IMG/VR virus record: IMGVR_UViG_3300023048_000001
Span: 1 to 64,000 of that record
Direction: 5' to 3' (one strand)
DNA from: a virus
Lineage: Duplodnaviria > Caudoviricetes
Length of the DNA: 64,000 nt
A program made the translations under genes and the position numbers. The notes below the pieces were generated by a model. It worked only from the letters and a program-made list of their open reading frames with translations. It did not search any database and was not told the DNA's origin. Of this stretch, positions 29,759 through 38,562 are shown piece by piece (positions within the stretch are counted from its first letter, which is position 1; every line of letters starts with the position of its first letter).

Positions 29759-32089
29759 ATGAAAGATAAATTAATCCTATCCGCTTATGGATCACACAAT
29801 GCTGCAATAGCAATGTATTATAAGGGTGAATATAGGGTAATTGAAGTCGAAAGGTGGTTAAATTCCAAGAATATTGGGTTAACCACCTACATGCCGTGTA
29901 AACATCCACAGATTGTTTTCGATGAGATTACTGACTATTTGCTATCTACCACAGATCGCAGCGATGTAGACGTTTTCCTTACTGACTATGTTCAGAGAAT
30001 TACCCCCAAGTTCCATGTAAAAGAAGCTCTAGGCTTCGACCACCATACTGCTCATGCAGCAACTGCATTCTACCAGTCTCCTTACAAGGAGTCTTTGGTG
30101 TTCACGTTTGATGGTGGTGGCGATAATGGGTACTTCAACGTCTACCTTGCAAGCCGCCAGAATGGTATCAAGTTAATTGACAAGTTTGATCAGGATTTGG
30201 GATTCCCATATATGATCATCGGTGATTACTTGAATGATATTAAGAAAGAATCATTAAGTATTGGTAACCTAGTTTATGCAGGAAAGATTATGGGACTATG
30301 TTCCTATGGTCAGATTCATGACGATTGGGTTCCACATTTTGATGAGTTCTATTCGCAGTTCAACTACATTGGTAACTCCTTCATCGGTGGTGCAGAAGCA
30401 CGCTATACTGCATTAACAACATTATTCAAGGCTATTGGTTTTGAAGATTTTGATTTTGAGACCAGTAGATATGAAGGCCAGTTAGCATGGGACATCGCTG
30501 CTACCTCACAAAAGGCTTTTGAAAATCAGTTCTTCAAGTACGCACAGAAATATCTTGATTCATATCCTGATATGCCAGTGTCTATGGCTGGTGGCTGTGC
30601 CCTAAACGTTTTGTTAAATTCAAAACTATTAGCTTTAAGAAATAACAAAGTATTCGTTCCACCTAATGTCAATGACTGTGGTATCGCCTCTGGTGGTCTT
30701 CTCTGGTATTTGAAACCAGATGGTCAGGTTGATCTAACCTATTCTGGAACTCATGTTCTAGATAAGAACCAGTTTGGTACGTTTGTGCAGGAATACGACC
30801 TAGTTGTTCATGAAAACGTAACGGTTGAAGATTTGGCTCAGTACATTGCTGATGGTAACATTGTTGGTATGATTCAGGGTAATTCAGAACATGGTTCTCG
30901 TGCACTTGGAAACCGAAGCATTATTTGTGCACCGGGTGAAGGCATGAAGGATGTATTGAATAATAAGGTGAAGCATCGTGAATGGTATCGCCCATTTGCA
31001 CCTATTGCTCGCCTAGATGATGCATACAAGTACTTTGAAATTGATGAGGGTGTAGAGTCCCGTCACATGGTTTTCGTTGCTAACGTCCGTGAAGAATGGA
31101 GAAGCACACTTCCTGCAATTACGCATGAAGACTTCACCGCCCGTCTTCAGACTGTCACCAAGAGCCAGAACACCTTGATCTATGATCTAATCACCGAATT
31201 TGAAAAGATTACAGGTTATGGCGTTATTTTGAACACTTCGTTCAATGTTGATGGTAAGCCAATCCTAACCCGTTTATCAGATGCATTTAAAATTCTTCGT
31301 GATACTCAGTTGGATGCAGTTTACTTTGAAGGCAAACTGATCATGCGTCATACCAATGACACCTTTAAGAAGACTAAGGAAGAAGCGGTTAAAGTAGCTA
31401 AAACTGACGACACTTCCATCTATGTTCTATCTTTCAAGGAAGATAAGGCTGCAATGGTTCAGGATATGGATAAGATTAAGGAATTGATTCGTGATGGCCG
31501 CAAGATCGGTGTCATGATTCCAGATTACAACTATCCAGTTTATGCTGAGGTTCTACCAGAAAGTGACTCGTTGAAGTATTTCAAGATCGGCAATCGTCAG
31601 CGTTATTATGATAGTCGTTTGATTAAACCATTTAAATTAAAGAAACAGGATGTCGTTGAGTATTCCAGATATATTAAGCTACTTTGGTGTAAGGAAATTT
31701 TACATGCCAACTTGTTTAACACAAAGTATCATCTATATGTAAATCTTGATGAAATGGCAATCCGTGAGTACGCATACAATATTTCTCGTGATGTCGATCT
31801 GCTTTCAATCTTCGCTAAGACTGATGATAATATCATTATCACTTCCAAGAAGAATTTAGGTAGCATTTTCACTCCTGAATATGTTTTGAAGCGTTTCAAT
31901 AAAGAAATTGAGACTTATCCTACAGCAGCATTGTTCTGTGGTAATGATGAGAATCTTGAATGGATGTTCAATAATTACGAGGGTGTATTGTTGTGGTATG
32001 TAGGTATGGATATGTTTGGTGAAGACCATGATTACCTACTCGTCTCGGCAATCGAAAACGAAAGCAGATATAAGTTCTTAGACGCATGA
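29759..32089 (+). CDS. O-carbamoyltransferase (NodU/CmcH/TobZ family) with a C-terminal HtrL-like extension
   Basis: HHTAHAATAF, DGGGD, GKIMGL, AGGCALNV, NDCG, RALGNRSI, KHREWYRPFAP, TARLQTV, LNTSFNVDGKPI; extra ~240 aa with KLLWCKE...NLFNTKYHLYVN. Confidence 0.92.
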   Translation: MKDKLILSAYGSHNAAIAMYYKGEYRVIEVERWLNSKNIGLTTYMPCKHPQIVFDEITDYLLSTTDRSDVDVFLTDYVQRITPKFHVKEALGFDHHTAHAATAFYQSPYKESLVFTFDGGGDNGYFNVYLASRQNGIKLIDKFDQDLGFPYMIIGDYLNDIKKESLSIGNLVYAGKIMGLCSYGQIHDDWVPHFDEFYSQFNYIGNSFIGGAEARYTALTTLFKAIGFEDFDFETSRYEGQLAWDIAATSQKAFENQFFKYAQKYLDSYPDMPVSMAGGCALNVLLNSKLLALRNNKVFVPPNVNDCGIASGGLLWYLKPDGQVDLTYSGTHVLDKNQFGTFVQEYDLVVHENVTVEDLAQYIADGNIVGMIQGNSEHGSRALGNRSIICAPGEGMKDVLNNKVKHREWYRPFAPIARLDDAYKYFEIDEGVESRHMVFVANVREEWRSTLPAITHEDFTARLQTVTKSQNTLIYDLITEFEKITGYGVILNTSFNVDGKPILTRLSDAFKILRDTQLDAVYFEGKLIMRHTNDTFKKTKEEAVKVAKTDDTSIYVLSFKEDKAAMVQDMDKIKELIRDGRKIGVMIPDYNYPVYAEVLPESDSLKYFKIGNRQRYYDSRLIKPFKLKKQDVVEYSRYIKLLWCKEILHANLFNTKYHLYVNLDEMAIREYAYNISRDVDLLSIFAKTDDNIIITSKKNLGSIFTPEYVLKRFNKEIETYPTAALFCGNDENLEWMFNNYEGVLLWYVGMDMFGEDHDYLLVSAIENESRYKFLDA

Positions 32090-32937
32090 AATTCATAACA
32101 GCAATTTTTAACGGGTTACATGGTTCTAAGTTTGGTGGAAGATTGAATAGAGATAGGCACTACACCTACTCTATTCGTACTCTAGCTAATTTAGGACATC
32201 CAATGGTGTGTTACATCGCAACAGATGATATGCCATTTGTACAAGAGTACTTGGCTAAGCATGAAGTAACTAACATTGAGTTTAGAGAATATGATCTTGA
32301 ATCTTTTGAATACCATAAAAAGATTCAAGAGATTAAAGAAATAAACAAAGCGGTATATGCTGAAGACAACGTGTGGGAATATCGTTCAGTTGAACTGATG
32401 TGGTTGAAGTTGTTCTGGTTAAAGCAGGAAGCTGACACTATGGCTGACATGGATAAAGTGTTTTGGATAGATGCTGGATTATCACATGGTGGTATCATGC
32501 CTAAAAAGTATAATGAAAGCCCATTGGATGAATATGAGCAATCATTCCGTAACATTAAGGCTTTCAATCCTAAATTAGCATCTAAGCTTGATAATCTAAC
32601 ACAAGAATCATTGTTTACCTTTTATTGTAACAACAGACAGCATCATTACCCACCACTTTATTCTCATGATAATGTAATGAGCGGTAGTGTTGTGGCAGGG
32701 TTGTTTGGTGGTAGAGTTTCTGATGTGAAGACTCTATTTGAGAAGGGTAAGGAAATTATTGATTATATTGTTACAGAAGACACTCTTCTACAAGAAGAAC
32801 TAATTCTGACATTAGTACATCAACATAATCCGGGACTCTTCCGTGCATTTGATTTTGATACATGGTACCACGAAGACTGGAATTGCTTTGATCCATCAAT
32901 GAAATCATTTAGCGCATTCTTCGAAGGTCTTGCATGA
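32086..32937 (+). CDS. HtrL/YibB-like putative glycosyltransferase
   Basis: FITAIFN...KLFWL...FWIDAGLSH...AGLFGG...EELIL; paralogous to the N-terminus of 33678..35318. Confidence 0.7.
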   Translation: MKFITAIFNGLHGSKFGGRLNRDRHYTYSIRTLANLGHPMVCYIATDDMPFVQEYLAKHEVTNIEFREYDLESFEYHKKIQEIKEINKAVYAEDNVWEYRSVELMWLKLFWLKQEADTMADMDKVFWIDAGLSHGGIMPKKYNESPLDEYEQSFRNIKAFNPKLASKLDNLTQESLFTFYCNNRQHHYPPLYSHDNVMSGSVVAGLFGGRVSDVKTLFEKGKEIIDYIVTEDTLLQEELILTLVHQHNPGLFRAFDFDTWYHEDWNCFDPSMKSFSAFFEGLA

Positions 32938-33665
32938 GTGGCTATGATTGGGATAGCAAGATAGTTTTCGTTACTCTAGCCATTGGCGAAGAGTATCTAG
33001 AAAAGTGTTTGACATTGGTGCAGAGTGTGATGAAATTCACACACTCTGACATCTATATCATGACTGATCTACCCGAGCTAGCCCAATCTCATGCTAACTA
33101 TTATGGTAAGCGCATGAAGATTGTGGATATTCATGAATATCCATTATACACATCACACATCGATGGTAAGTTTAATTATCATTTGAAGTCAGTAGCATTA
33201 TGGTCTGTGTCAAGAATGTGTAGTGAAGTTATGATTTACGTTGATGCTGACACATTCCTCTTCGGATGGGATAGCAGTATTTCCAGATACGTTAATGGAT
33301 TTGAAGAAACTCTTATGTGTCGCTTCAGAGAACGTGTATCAGACAACACCAGCCTCGCTAGATTCGTCCCTAACAAGGCCGCAGCACATGGCGTAGACTT
33401 CCATACTATAGATGCTAGGTTGGCCGTAGAGACCGTTATGGTGCTTACCAGAGGCTCTTTAACTACTGAGTTCCTTCAGGTATGGAAAGACATCACAGAT
33501 TTCTCAATTGAAAATAAAATTGATCCATTTATTGAAGCTTTTGAGCTTGCATTGGCAATTCACAGGAGCAACATGAACACAATAAATGTAAATAACAAGA
33601 CACCGTTCGCAGATAGTTTCAGGACGGTACATAATAATAAACTAATATCTACGAACATAATTTAA
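32934..33665 (+). CDS. GT-A fold putative glycosyltransferase
   Basis: FVTLAIGEEY, YIMTD, FNYHLK, IYVDAD (DxD); ATGA-coupled within the operon. Confidence 0.65.
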   Translation: MSGYDWDSKIVFVTLAIGEEYLEKCLTLVQSVMKFTHSDIYIMTDLPELAQSHANYYGKRMKIVDIHEYPLYTSHIDGKFNYHLKSVALWSVSRMCSEVMIYVDADTFLFGWDSSISRYVNGFEETLMCRFRERVSDNTSLARFVPNKAAAHGVDFHTIDARLAVETVMVLTRGSLTTEFLQVWKDITDFSIENKIDPFIEAFELALAIHRSNMNTINVNNKTPFADSFRTVHNNKLISTNII

Positions 33666-33677
33666 ATTAGGATTGGC

Positions 33678-35318
33678 ATGAGTAAAAATTTAACACTAGT
33701 GACAGCTTTGTTCAATATCGGTCGTGGGGAAATGGACACCGATTTTAAACGTTCATTTGACCATTACATTGAATGTTTTGAAAGACTGTTGAGATTAGAC
33801 TTTCCAATGGTCATTTACATTGAAGCAGCAAATGAACACATTGTTTGGAAGCATAGAAAGCCAGAAAACACCCGAGTCATTCTTAAGACTTTGGAAGATG
33901 TTCGCAACTTTCCATTTAATGATAAAATTCAGAAGATCAGAACTGATAAGAATTGGTACGGTCAGGCTGGCTGGCTAGAGAATAGTACTCAGGCTAGACT
34001 AGAACTATACAATCCAGTTGTCATGAGCAAGCAGTTCATGTTGAATGATGCTTCGCTATTTAATCACTTTGATTCGAAGTATTATATGTGGATCGATGCT
34101 GGCCTATCAAACACTGTAAACATTGAACAGTATTTTGATGCTGAATTTGAGCAGAGAATTACACCACACCTTAAGAAGATGATGTATATTGCATTCCCTT
34201 ATGATGGTCAGGTTGAAGTTCATGGTTTCACCAAGTCAGCAATGAATCGTTTTGCTGGTAAGGATACGGAATACGTTTGCCGTGGTGGCCTATTCGGTGG
34301 TTCTAAGGATGCCATCAATGAGATGAATGACATCTACTACCATACATTGAATGACACGCTAAGCAATGGCTACATGGGTACAGAAGAGAGCATCTTTACC
34401 ATCATGTCATATCAGCACCCTAAGAAGTGTAATATTCAGTTCATTGATGGTAATGGTTTGATCGTCAAGTTCCTAGACGATCTTAAGCAGAACAGAATTG
34501 AAGCTGAGCCAGAGTTCCCACTCGCGTTCTATACGTTGACCTTCAACATTCCAAAGCAGTTTGAAATGTGGGCAGAATCCCTAAAGACAGCGTATCCTCA
34601 GGACTTCGATAAGGTTAAGAAGTACGTCATTGACAACTCAAATGATCCAGACGTTGCCGCCGAGTATTCAGAACTATTCAAAAAGTACAATTGCGAAGTA
34701 TTCAAGTTCGACAACATCGGTATTAATGATGGTCGCCAGTTTGCAGCAGAGCATTTCGACAAGAGTAATCACAAATACATGATCTTCTTCGAAGATGACA
34801 TGCTTATGTTTGAAAATGGTAATAGCCGTTGTGTAAGTGGTTTCACGACATGGCAGGCTGACTTGTTCAACAAGTGCATGGAAATCGTTGAGGATGAAGA
34901 CCTAGATTACTTAAAGCTTGTGTTCTCTGAGTTCTATGGTAATAACCACAATGATTGGGGATTCAAGAATGTCCCATCATCAAAGAGAGAAGAACTCTAT
35001 CCAGATACCGGCGATGCTGATAAGCGTTGGAAGACAAAGATTCATTATACCCATTCGTACAAAGGTCTCCCATATTCTGTAGGTCATTATCACTACTGCA
35101 ACTGGCCTATTTTGTTCACCAAGAGAGGAAACAAGAGAATCTTCTTGGATGATAAGTACGAACATCTTTATGAGCAGAACTGGATGAGTCTAGCCGCACA
35201 GTTCCAGCATGACGGTTCAATGAAGTCCGCTTGTTTGTTGGCAACACCAGTAAATCATTTTAGAAAGTACCATTATAGAGAAGGTACAAGACGAGAAAAT
35301 AAGCATTATAAAAATTAA
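33678..35318 (+). CDS. Two-domain glycosyltransferase: HtrL/YibB N-domain plus GT2-like C-domain
   Basis: LVTALFNIGR...Y...SKQFML...YMWIDAG...GGLFGG...GTEESI; then VIDNS...NIGINDGRQ...IFFEDD. Confidence 0.8.
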   Translation: MSKNLTLVTALFNIGRGEMDTDFKRSFDHYIECFERLLRLDFPMVIYIEAANEHIVWKHRKPENTRVILKTLEDVRNFPFNDKIQKIRTDKNWYGQAGWLENSTQARLELYNPVVMSKQFMLNDASLFNHFDSKYYMWIDAGLSNTVNIEQYFDAEFEQRITPHLKKMMYIAFPYDGQVEVHGFTKSAMNRFAGKDTEYVCRGGLFGGSKDAINEMNDIYYHTLNDTLSNGYMGTEESIFTIMSYQHPKKCNIQFIDGNGLIVKFLDDLKQNRIEAEPEFPLAFYTLTFNIPKQFEMWAESLKTAYPQDFDKVKKYVIDNSNDPDVAAEYSELFKKYNCEVFKFDNIGINDGRQFAAEHFDKSNHKYMIFFEDDMLMFENGNSRCVSGFTTWQADLFNKCMEIVEDEDLDYLKLVFSEFYGNNHNDWGFKNVPSSKREELYPDTGDADKRWKTKIHYTHSYKGLPYSVGHYHYCNWPILFTKRGNKRIFLDDKYEHLYEQNWMSLAAQFQHDGSMKSACLLATPVNHFRKYHYREGTRRENKHYKN

Positions 35319-35321
35319 TGT

Positions 35322-35356
35322 TTGACACTACATTGGGGATCAATTATGATCCCCAA
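35322..35356 (+). promoter_or_regulatory. Sigma70-like promoter overlapped by a 24-bp palindrome
   Basis: TTGACA (35322-27), 17 nt spacer, TATGAT (35345-50); TTGGGGATCA-ATTA-TGATCCCCAA at 35333-35356. Confidence 0.65.
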
Positions 35357-35376
35357 GTCATTTATGAGGATTTAAA

Positions 35377-35811
35377 ATGTCATTTCCATATGCAGATGGT
35401 ATCTTTCGCACCGCAGATGGGTCCGAACTTCAATTGGAATTTCATCTGAAAGAAAAGTCACAATACAATGGCATTGTTTTCCATAAAAACGAAATCATTA
35501 AAATGTTTGAAAAGTTAAAGTTCTCATCGAACAAATTGATTGGTAATTGGGATCAATATTTTCTAAATTATGACTTAGGTACAGTTTGGGCTTCTGTAGA
35601 CTCTATACTTTTCTATGATCATCGAATTGTACTCAAATTTAAAATTTTAGATACACCTGTTGGTAAAACAAACAAAGAAATGTGGGATACGCTCATTAAT
35701 GTGAAGCATGAATTTTTTGTATCACTAACACATAATAATGGTAAAAATCTTTCATTTTTAACAATTAATTACACCCCAAAATTTGAACCATCGGTACCAG
35801 CTAATGCTTAA
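35377..35811 (+). CDS. Hypothetical protein resembling a degenerate prohead protease (gp21-like)
   Basis: NGIVF...LIGNWD...KFKILDTPVG resembles gp21 NGRxY...GELxHP...KxKILDTPxG; catalytic His and Ser motifs not evident. Confidence 0.45.
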   Translation: MSFPYADGIFRTADGSELQLEFHLKEKSQYNGIVFHKNEIIKMFEKLKFSSNKLIGNWDQYFLNYDLGTVWASVDSILFYDHRIVLKFKILDTPVGKTNKEMWDTLINVKHEFFVSLTHNNGKNLSFLTINYTPKFEPSVPANA

Positions 35812-36247
35812 AACTATTCATCAAATTGTAAGTCACAATGATTCAATGTTTGCAACTGAAAAATACCTTGTAAGCCGTGACCATTCAGTATACGAAGATG
35901 GGAACCACTATTTTAGTTATAATTTCTTCATTTCAAGAAAGGAAGTTATTATTCCTGTCAAGAAGCCTAAAGAAGGTCAGCCTAAAGAAGAAATCAGAAT
36001 TATTGATAGCAAATGCCCGCATTTCTTAGTTAAGAATGAATATGGCGTGTATGTTCCAGCAGATAAATCAATAACAAAAATGCTGGATTATTATGGTGTT
36101 GAGCATAAGTATTTTCAGCGTTACTATCAAGATATGAAAGCAATGGATATTGATGCCCACCGAGAACTGGAACCTTCTCAGATGTGGTTCAGCGATTACT
36201 ATACAATTTGGAAATTTAATGACCAAGAAAAAGAAACTGGAAAATAA
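35804..36247 (+). CDS. Hypothetical protein
   Basis: ATG 35804 overlaps the end of the upstream gene; preferred over the TTG at 35783. Confidence 0.55.
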   Translation: MLKTIHQIVSHNDSMFATEKYLVSRDHSVYEDGNHYFSYNFFISRKEVIIPVKKPKEGQPKEEIRIIDSKCPHFLVKNEYGVYVPADKSITKMLDYYGVEHKYFQRYYQDMKAMDIDAHRELEPSQMWFSDYYTIWKFNDQEKETGK

Positions 36248-36623
36248 CTGGCTCCGCGAACTAATCCCTGATCGTTTCAGTGATTTGGATTACTTGTATG
36301 CTTCCGTACTGTACAAAGGTTTAGTGTTCTTTTGGACGAAAGATGATGGTGAGAAGACACTTCGATACCAGTGGGAACACGTAGAACAGATGAGAGCCGA
36401 GCAGGATGCGGATTACCTATCTGAGACAAAATCATGGGATGATCGTTATGACCATTTCAAAATAATTTACGATGAGTTAGCCGAAGCATATACTTGGGCT
36501 ACTGGCTTCGATGATAGAATGAACAGATCGTATGATTCTATCAAGGAAAGGCAGCGTGAGCGCGAGTTAGATGATAAGCATTTAGCCAATATCATCAAGC
36601 ACAGATGTTCTATGTGGACCTGA
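36219..36623 (+). CDS. Hypothetical protein
   Basis: ATG 36219 is in frame with track ORF 36150..36623; ends IIKHRCSMWT. Confidence 0.55.
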   Translation: MTKKKKLENNWLRELIPDRFSDLDYLYASVLYKGLVFFWTKDDGEKTLRYQWEHVEQMRAEQDADYLSETKSWDDRYDHFKIIYDELAEAYTWATGFDDRMNRSYDSIKERQRERELDDKHLANIIKHRCSMWT

Positions 36624-37468
36624 TGATAATATTTAATTTTCCAGATAGAGCATGCCAAACTCTTGATGAGCTTTCACAGAAGGCGTATTACATAACGCAT
36701 TACGAACATGTTAAAACATATCTTGGATACTTCGGTCACATAAGATTGATCGATGCTGATACCACTATTGTCACTGATAGACACAACAATAACTTTACTG
36801 TGGCTCTCCATGGTAAAGGCAAGAAGATCATATTCGATTACTCTGATTTTGATTACAATGTCCTCGATATGACTCTTTTTGACAGTAGAACACCGTACTT
36901 TAAATTTCATACCACGAAGAACACTAACCCTAGATGCATAGCATTCCCACCAATGTCTTTCACGGATTGGGATGATTACCACTACCTTAAAGACAGCATA
37001 AGTTACAATCCACAGGGAAGTATCTTCTATAAGTGCAGAATCTATGGTGGTGCTACTGAGCGTAGAACTCAGGTATTAGATATGCTCAAGGGCTACTATG
37101 GCGTACCCGTTGACTTTACATTCGTAATGCAGTCTAATTATTTCCAATCTATGAACGATTGCAGGATAAATGTTATTGTTCCGGGTGCTAGGAATGATAT
37201 CCTTGACAGGACTCATCTTCAGTCGTTTGCATACGGAATCCCTGTAATCACTCCTTACATATCCACGATCCTTCCATTTGGTATGCAGTTTGAACCAAAT
37301 GTGGATTACATTGAATGTGCGAGCGATTTCAGTGATGTCATCGAATTGATAGATAGGTATAAGGACAATAAAAAATATCTTGACTTTATATCCAATAACT
37401 GTAAGAATAAATTTAGTAAAACATGTTCATTAGAAGCAGTTCAAAGTTGGGTGTTACAGAACATTTGA
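36623..37468 (+). CDS. GT-B fold putative glycosyltransferase (GT1-like/exostosin-like C-terminal domain)
   Basis: TGATG coupling; R.QVL...YFQSM..CRINVIVPG...R.HLQSFAYGIPVI...FEPNVDYIEC..DFSD. Confidence 0.65.
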   Translation: MIIFNFPDRACQTLDELSQKAYYITHYEHVKTYLGYFGHIRLIDADTTIVTDRHNNNFTVALHGKGKKIIFDYSDFDYNVLDMTLFDSRTPYFKFHTTKNTNPRCIAFPPMSFTDWDDYHYLKDSISYNPQGSIFYKCRIYGGATERRTQVLDMLKGYYGVPVDFTFVMQSNYFQSMNDCRINVIVPGARNDILDRTHLQSFAYGIPVITPYISTILPFGMQFEPNVDYIECASDFSDVIELIDRYKDNKKYLDFISNNCKNKFSKTCSLEAVQSWVLQNI

Positions 37469-37483
37469 TTCAGGTTTCATACA

Positions 37484-37491
37484 GATAAATA
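37484..37491 (+). promoter_or_regulatory. Late promoter (GATAAATA)
   Basis: 17 nt upstream of ATG 37509. Confidence 0.55.
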
Positions 37492-37508
37492 ATGGTAGGA
37501 TATACCCA

Positions 37509-37685
37509 ATGAAGACAAATCATCCAGATTTTGATGAATTGACTCAGAAGCTTAATAGGGAAGCTAAAACCTTTCCTAAAAGAGAACAGGGATGGTGTGA
37601 TGGATGTGATGCTAATATAGTAGCTACAAATACACGCTGTTCTGTTTGTGGATTTAAACTTAAAACTAAACATAGGAAACGATAA
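37509..37685 (+). CDS. 58-aa zinc-ribbon protein absent from the ORF track
   Basis: AGGA RBS; MKTNHPDF...WCDGC...RCSVCGFKLKTKHRKR (CxxC-x10-CxxC). Confidence 0.7.
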   Translation: MKTNHPDFDELTQKLNREAKTFPKREQGWCDGCDANIVATNTRCSVCGFKLKTKHRKR

Positions 37686-37713
37686 CATGTCTTTCACTTA
37701 GACGATTAACGCA

Positions 37714-38553
37714 ATGAAGGCCACCAAGCAGGCCAAGAATCAGTCCATTATTCAACATGGTCTGAGTGTTTGGAGTTACACTCTTCGCCTACTCAATGGC
37801 GATACCGAAGGCTTCCGTTTACCGCAATGGTACAACGACTATAAAGATGAAATTTATAGTAACCTTCACGATTACAAAACCATTAAGCATTATAACATTT
37901 GGCACGATATTGGTAAGCCTTTCTGCATCACTTTTGATGAGAATGGTAAGCACCATTTCCCTGACCATGCCAAGAAATCTAAAGAAATTTGGGATTCTCA
38001 CTTCCCGGATAGGACTGTCATTTCGACTTTGATCGAACATGATATGGATTTCCATACCCTAAAAGCTGATCAAATCCTTGAGCAGGGTCTATCTACACAA
38101 GACCTCTGTACGCTCATGGTTACCGCTCTAGCAGAGTTGCATTCTAATGCCTCTATGTTCGGTGGCATTGAATCAGACAGCTTTAAGATCAAGTTTAAGA
38201 AGCTTGAAAAGCTCGGTAACCAAATCTGTAAGAAGCTATTTGATCACGCTTACATGTATGTCCTTGTTCGTAATGATTTGAGTAAAGCACAGCAGGCCGT
38301 ACAGGCTGCACATGCTGCTATTGAATCTGGCCGCAAGTTTCTTAAGCCCGGCGATGAACACCCATCTGTCATCCTATGTTCTGTTAAGAGTGAAGCAAAA
38401 TTACTTAAATGTGCTGATGAATTTCGGGCACAGGGTATTGACTTTACCATCTTCAGAGAGCCAGATATTGGGAATCAGGCAACAGCATTGGCTTCTCGAC
38501 CCCTTGTTGGTAAGGACCGTAAAGCCTTCTCTAGATTTCAGTTGTTAACTTAA
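37714..38553 (+). CDS. HD-domain protein fused to peptidyl-tRNA hydrolase type 2 (Pth2-like)
   Basis: QHG...WHDIGKP...HA...HDM (HD domain); YVLVRNDL...AVQAAHAA...FREPDIGNQATALA (Pth2-like). Possible upstream start at 37687 (see findings). Confidence 0.75.
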   Translation: MKATKQAKNQSIIQHGLSVWSYTLRLLNGDTEGFRLPQWYNDYKDEIYSNLHDYKTIKHYNIWHDIGKPFCITFDENGKHHFPDHAKKSKEIWDSHFPDRTVISTLIEHDMDFHTLKADQILEQGLSTQDLCTLMVTALAELHSNASMFGGIESDSFKIKFKKLEKLGNQICKKLFDHAYMYVLVRNDLSKAQQAVQAAHAAIESGRKFLKPGDEHPSVILCSVKSEAKLLKCADEFRAQGIDFTIFREPDIGNQATALASRPLVGKDRKAFSRFQLLT

Positions 38554-38562
38554 GGAAATAAA

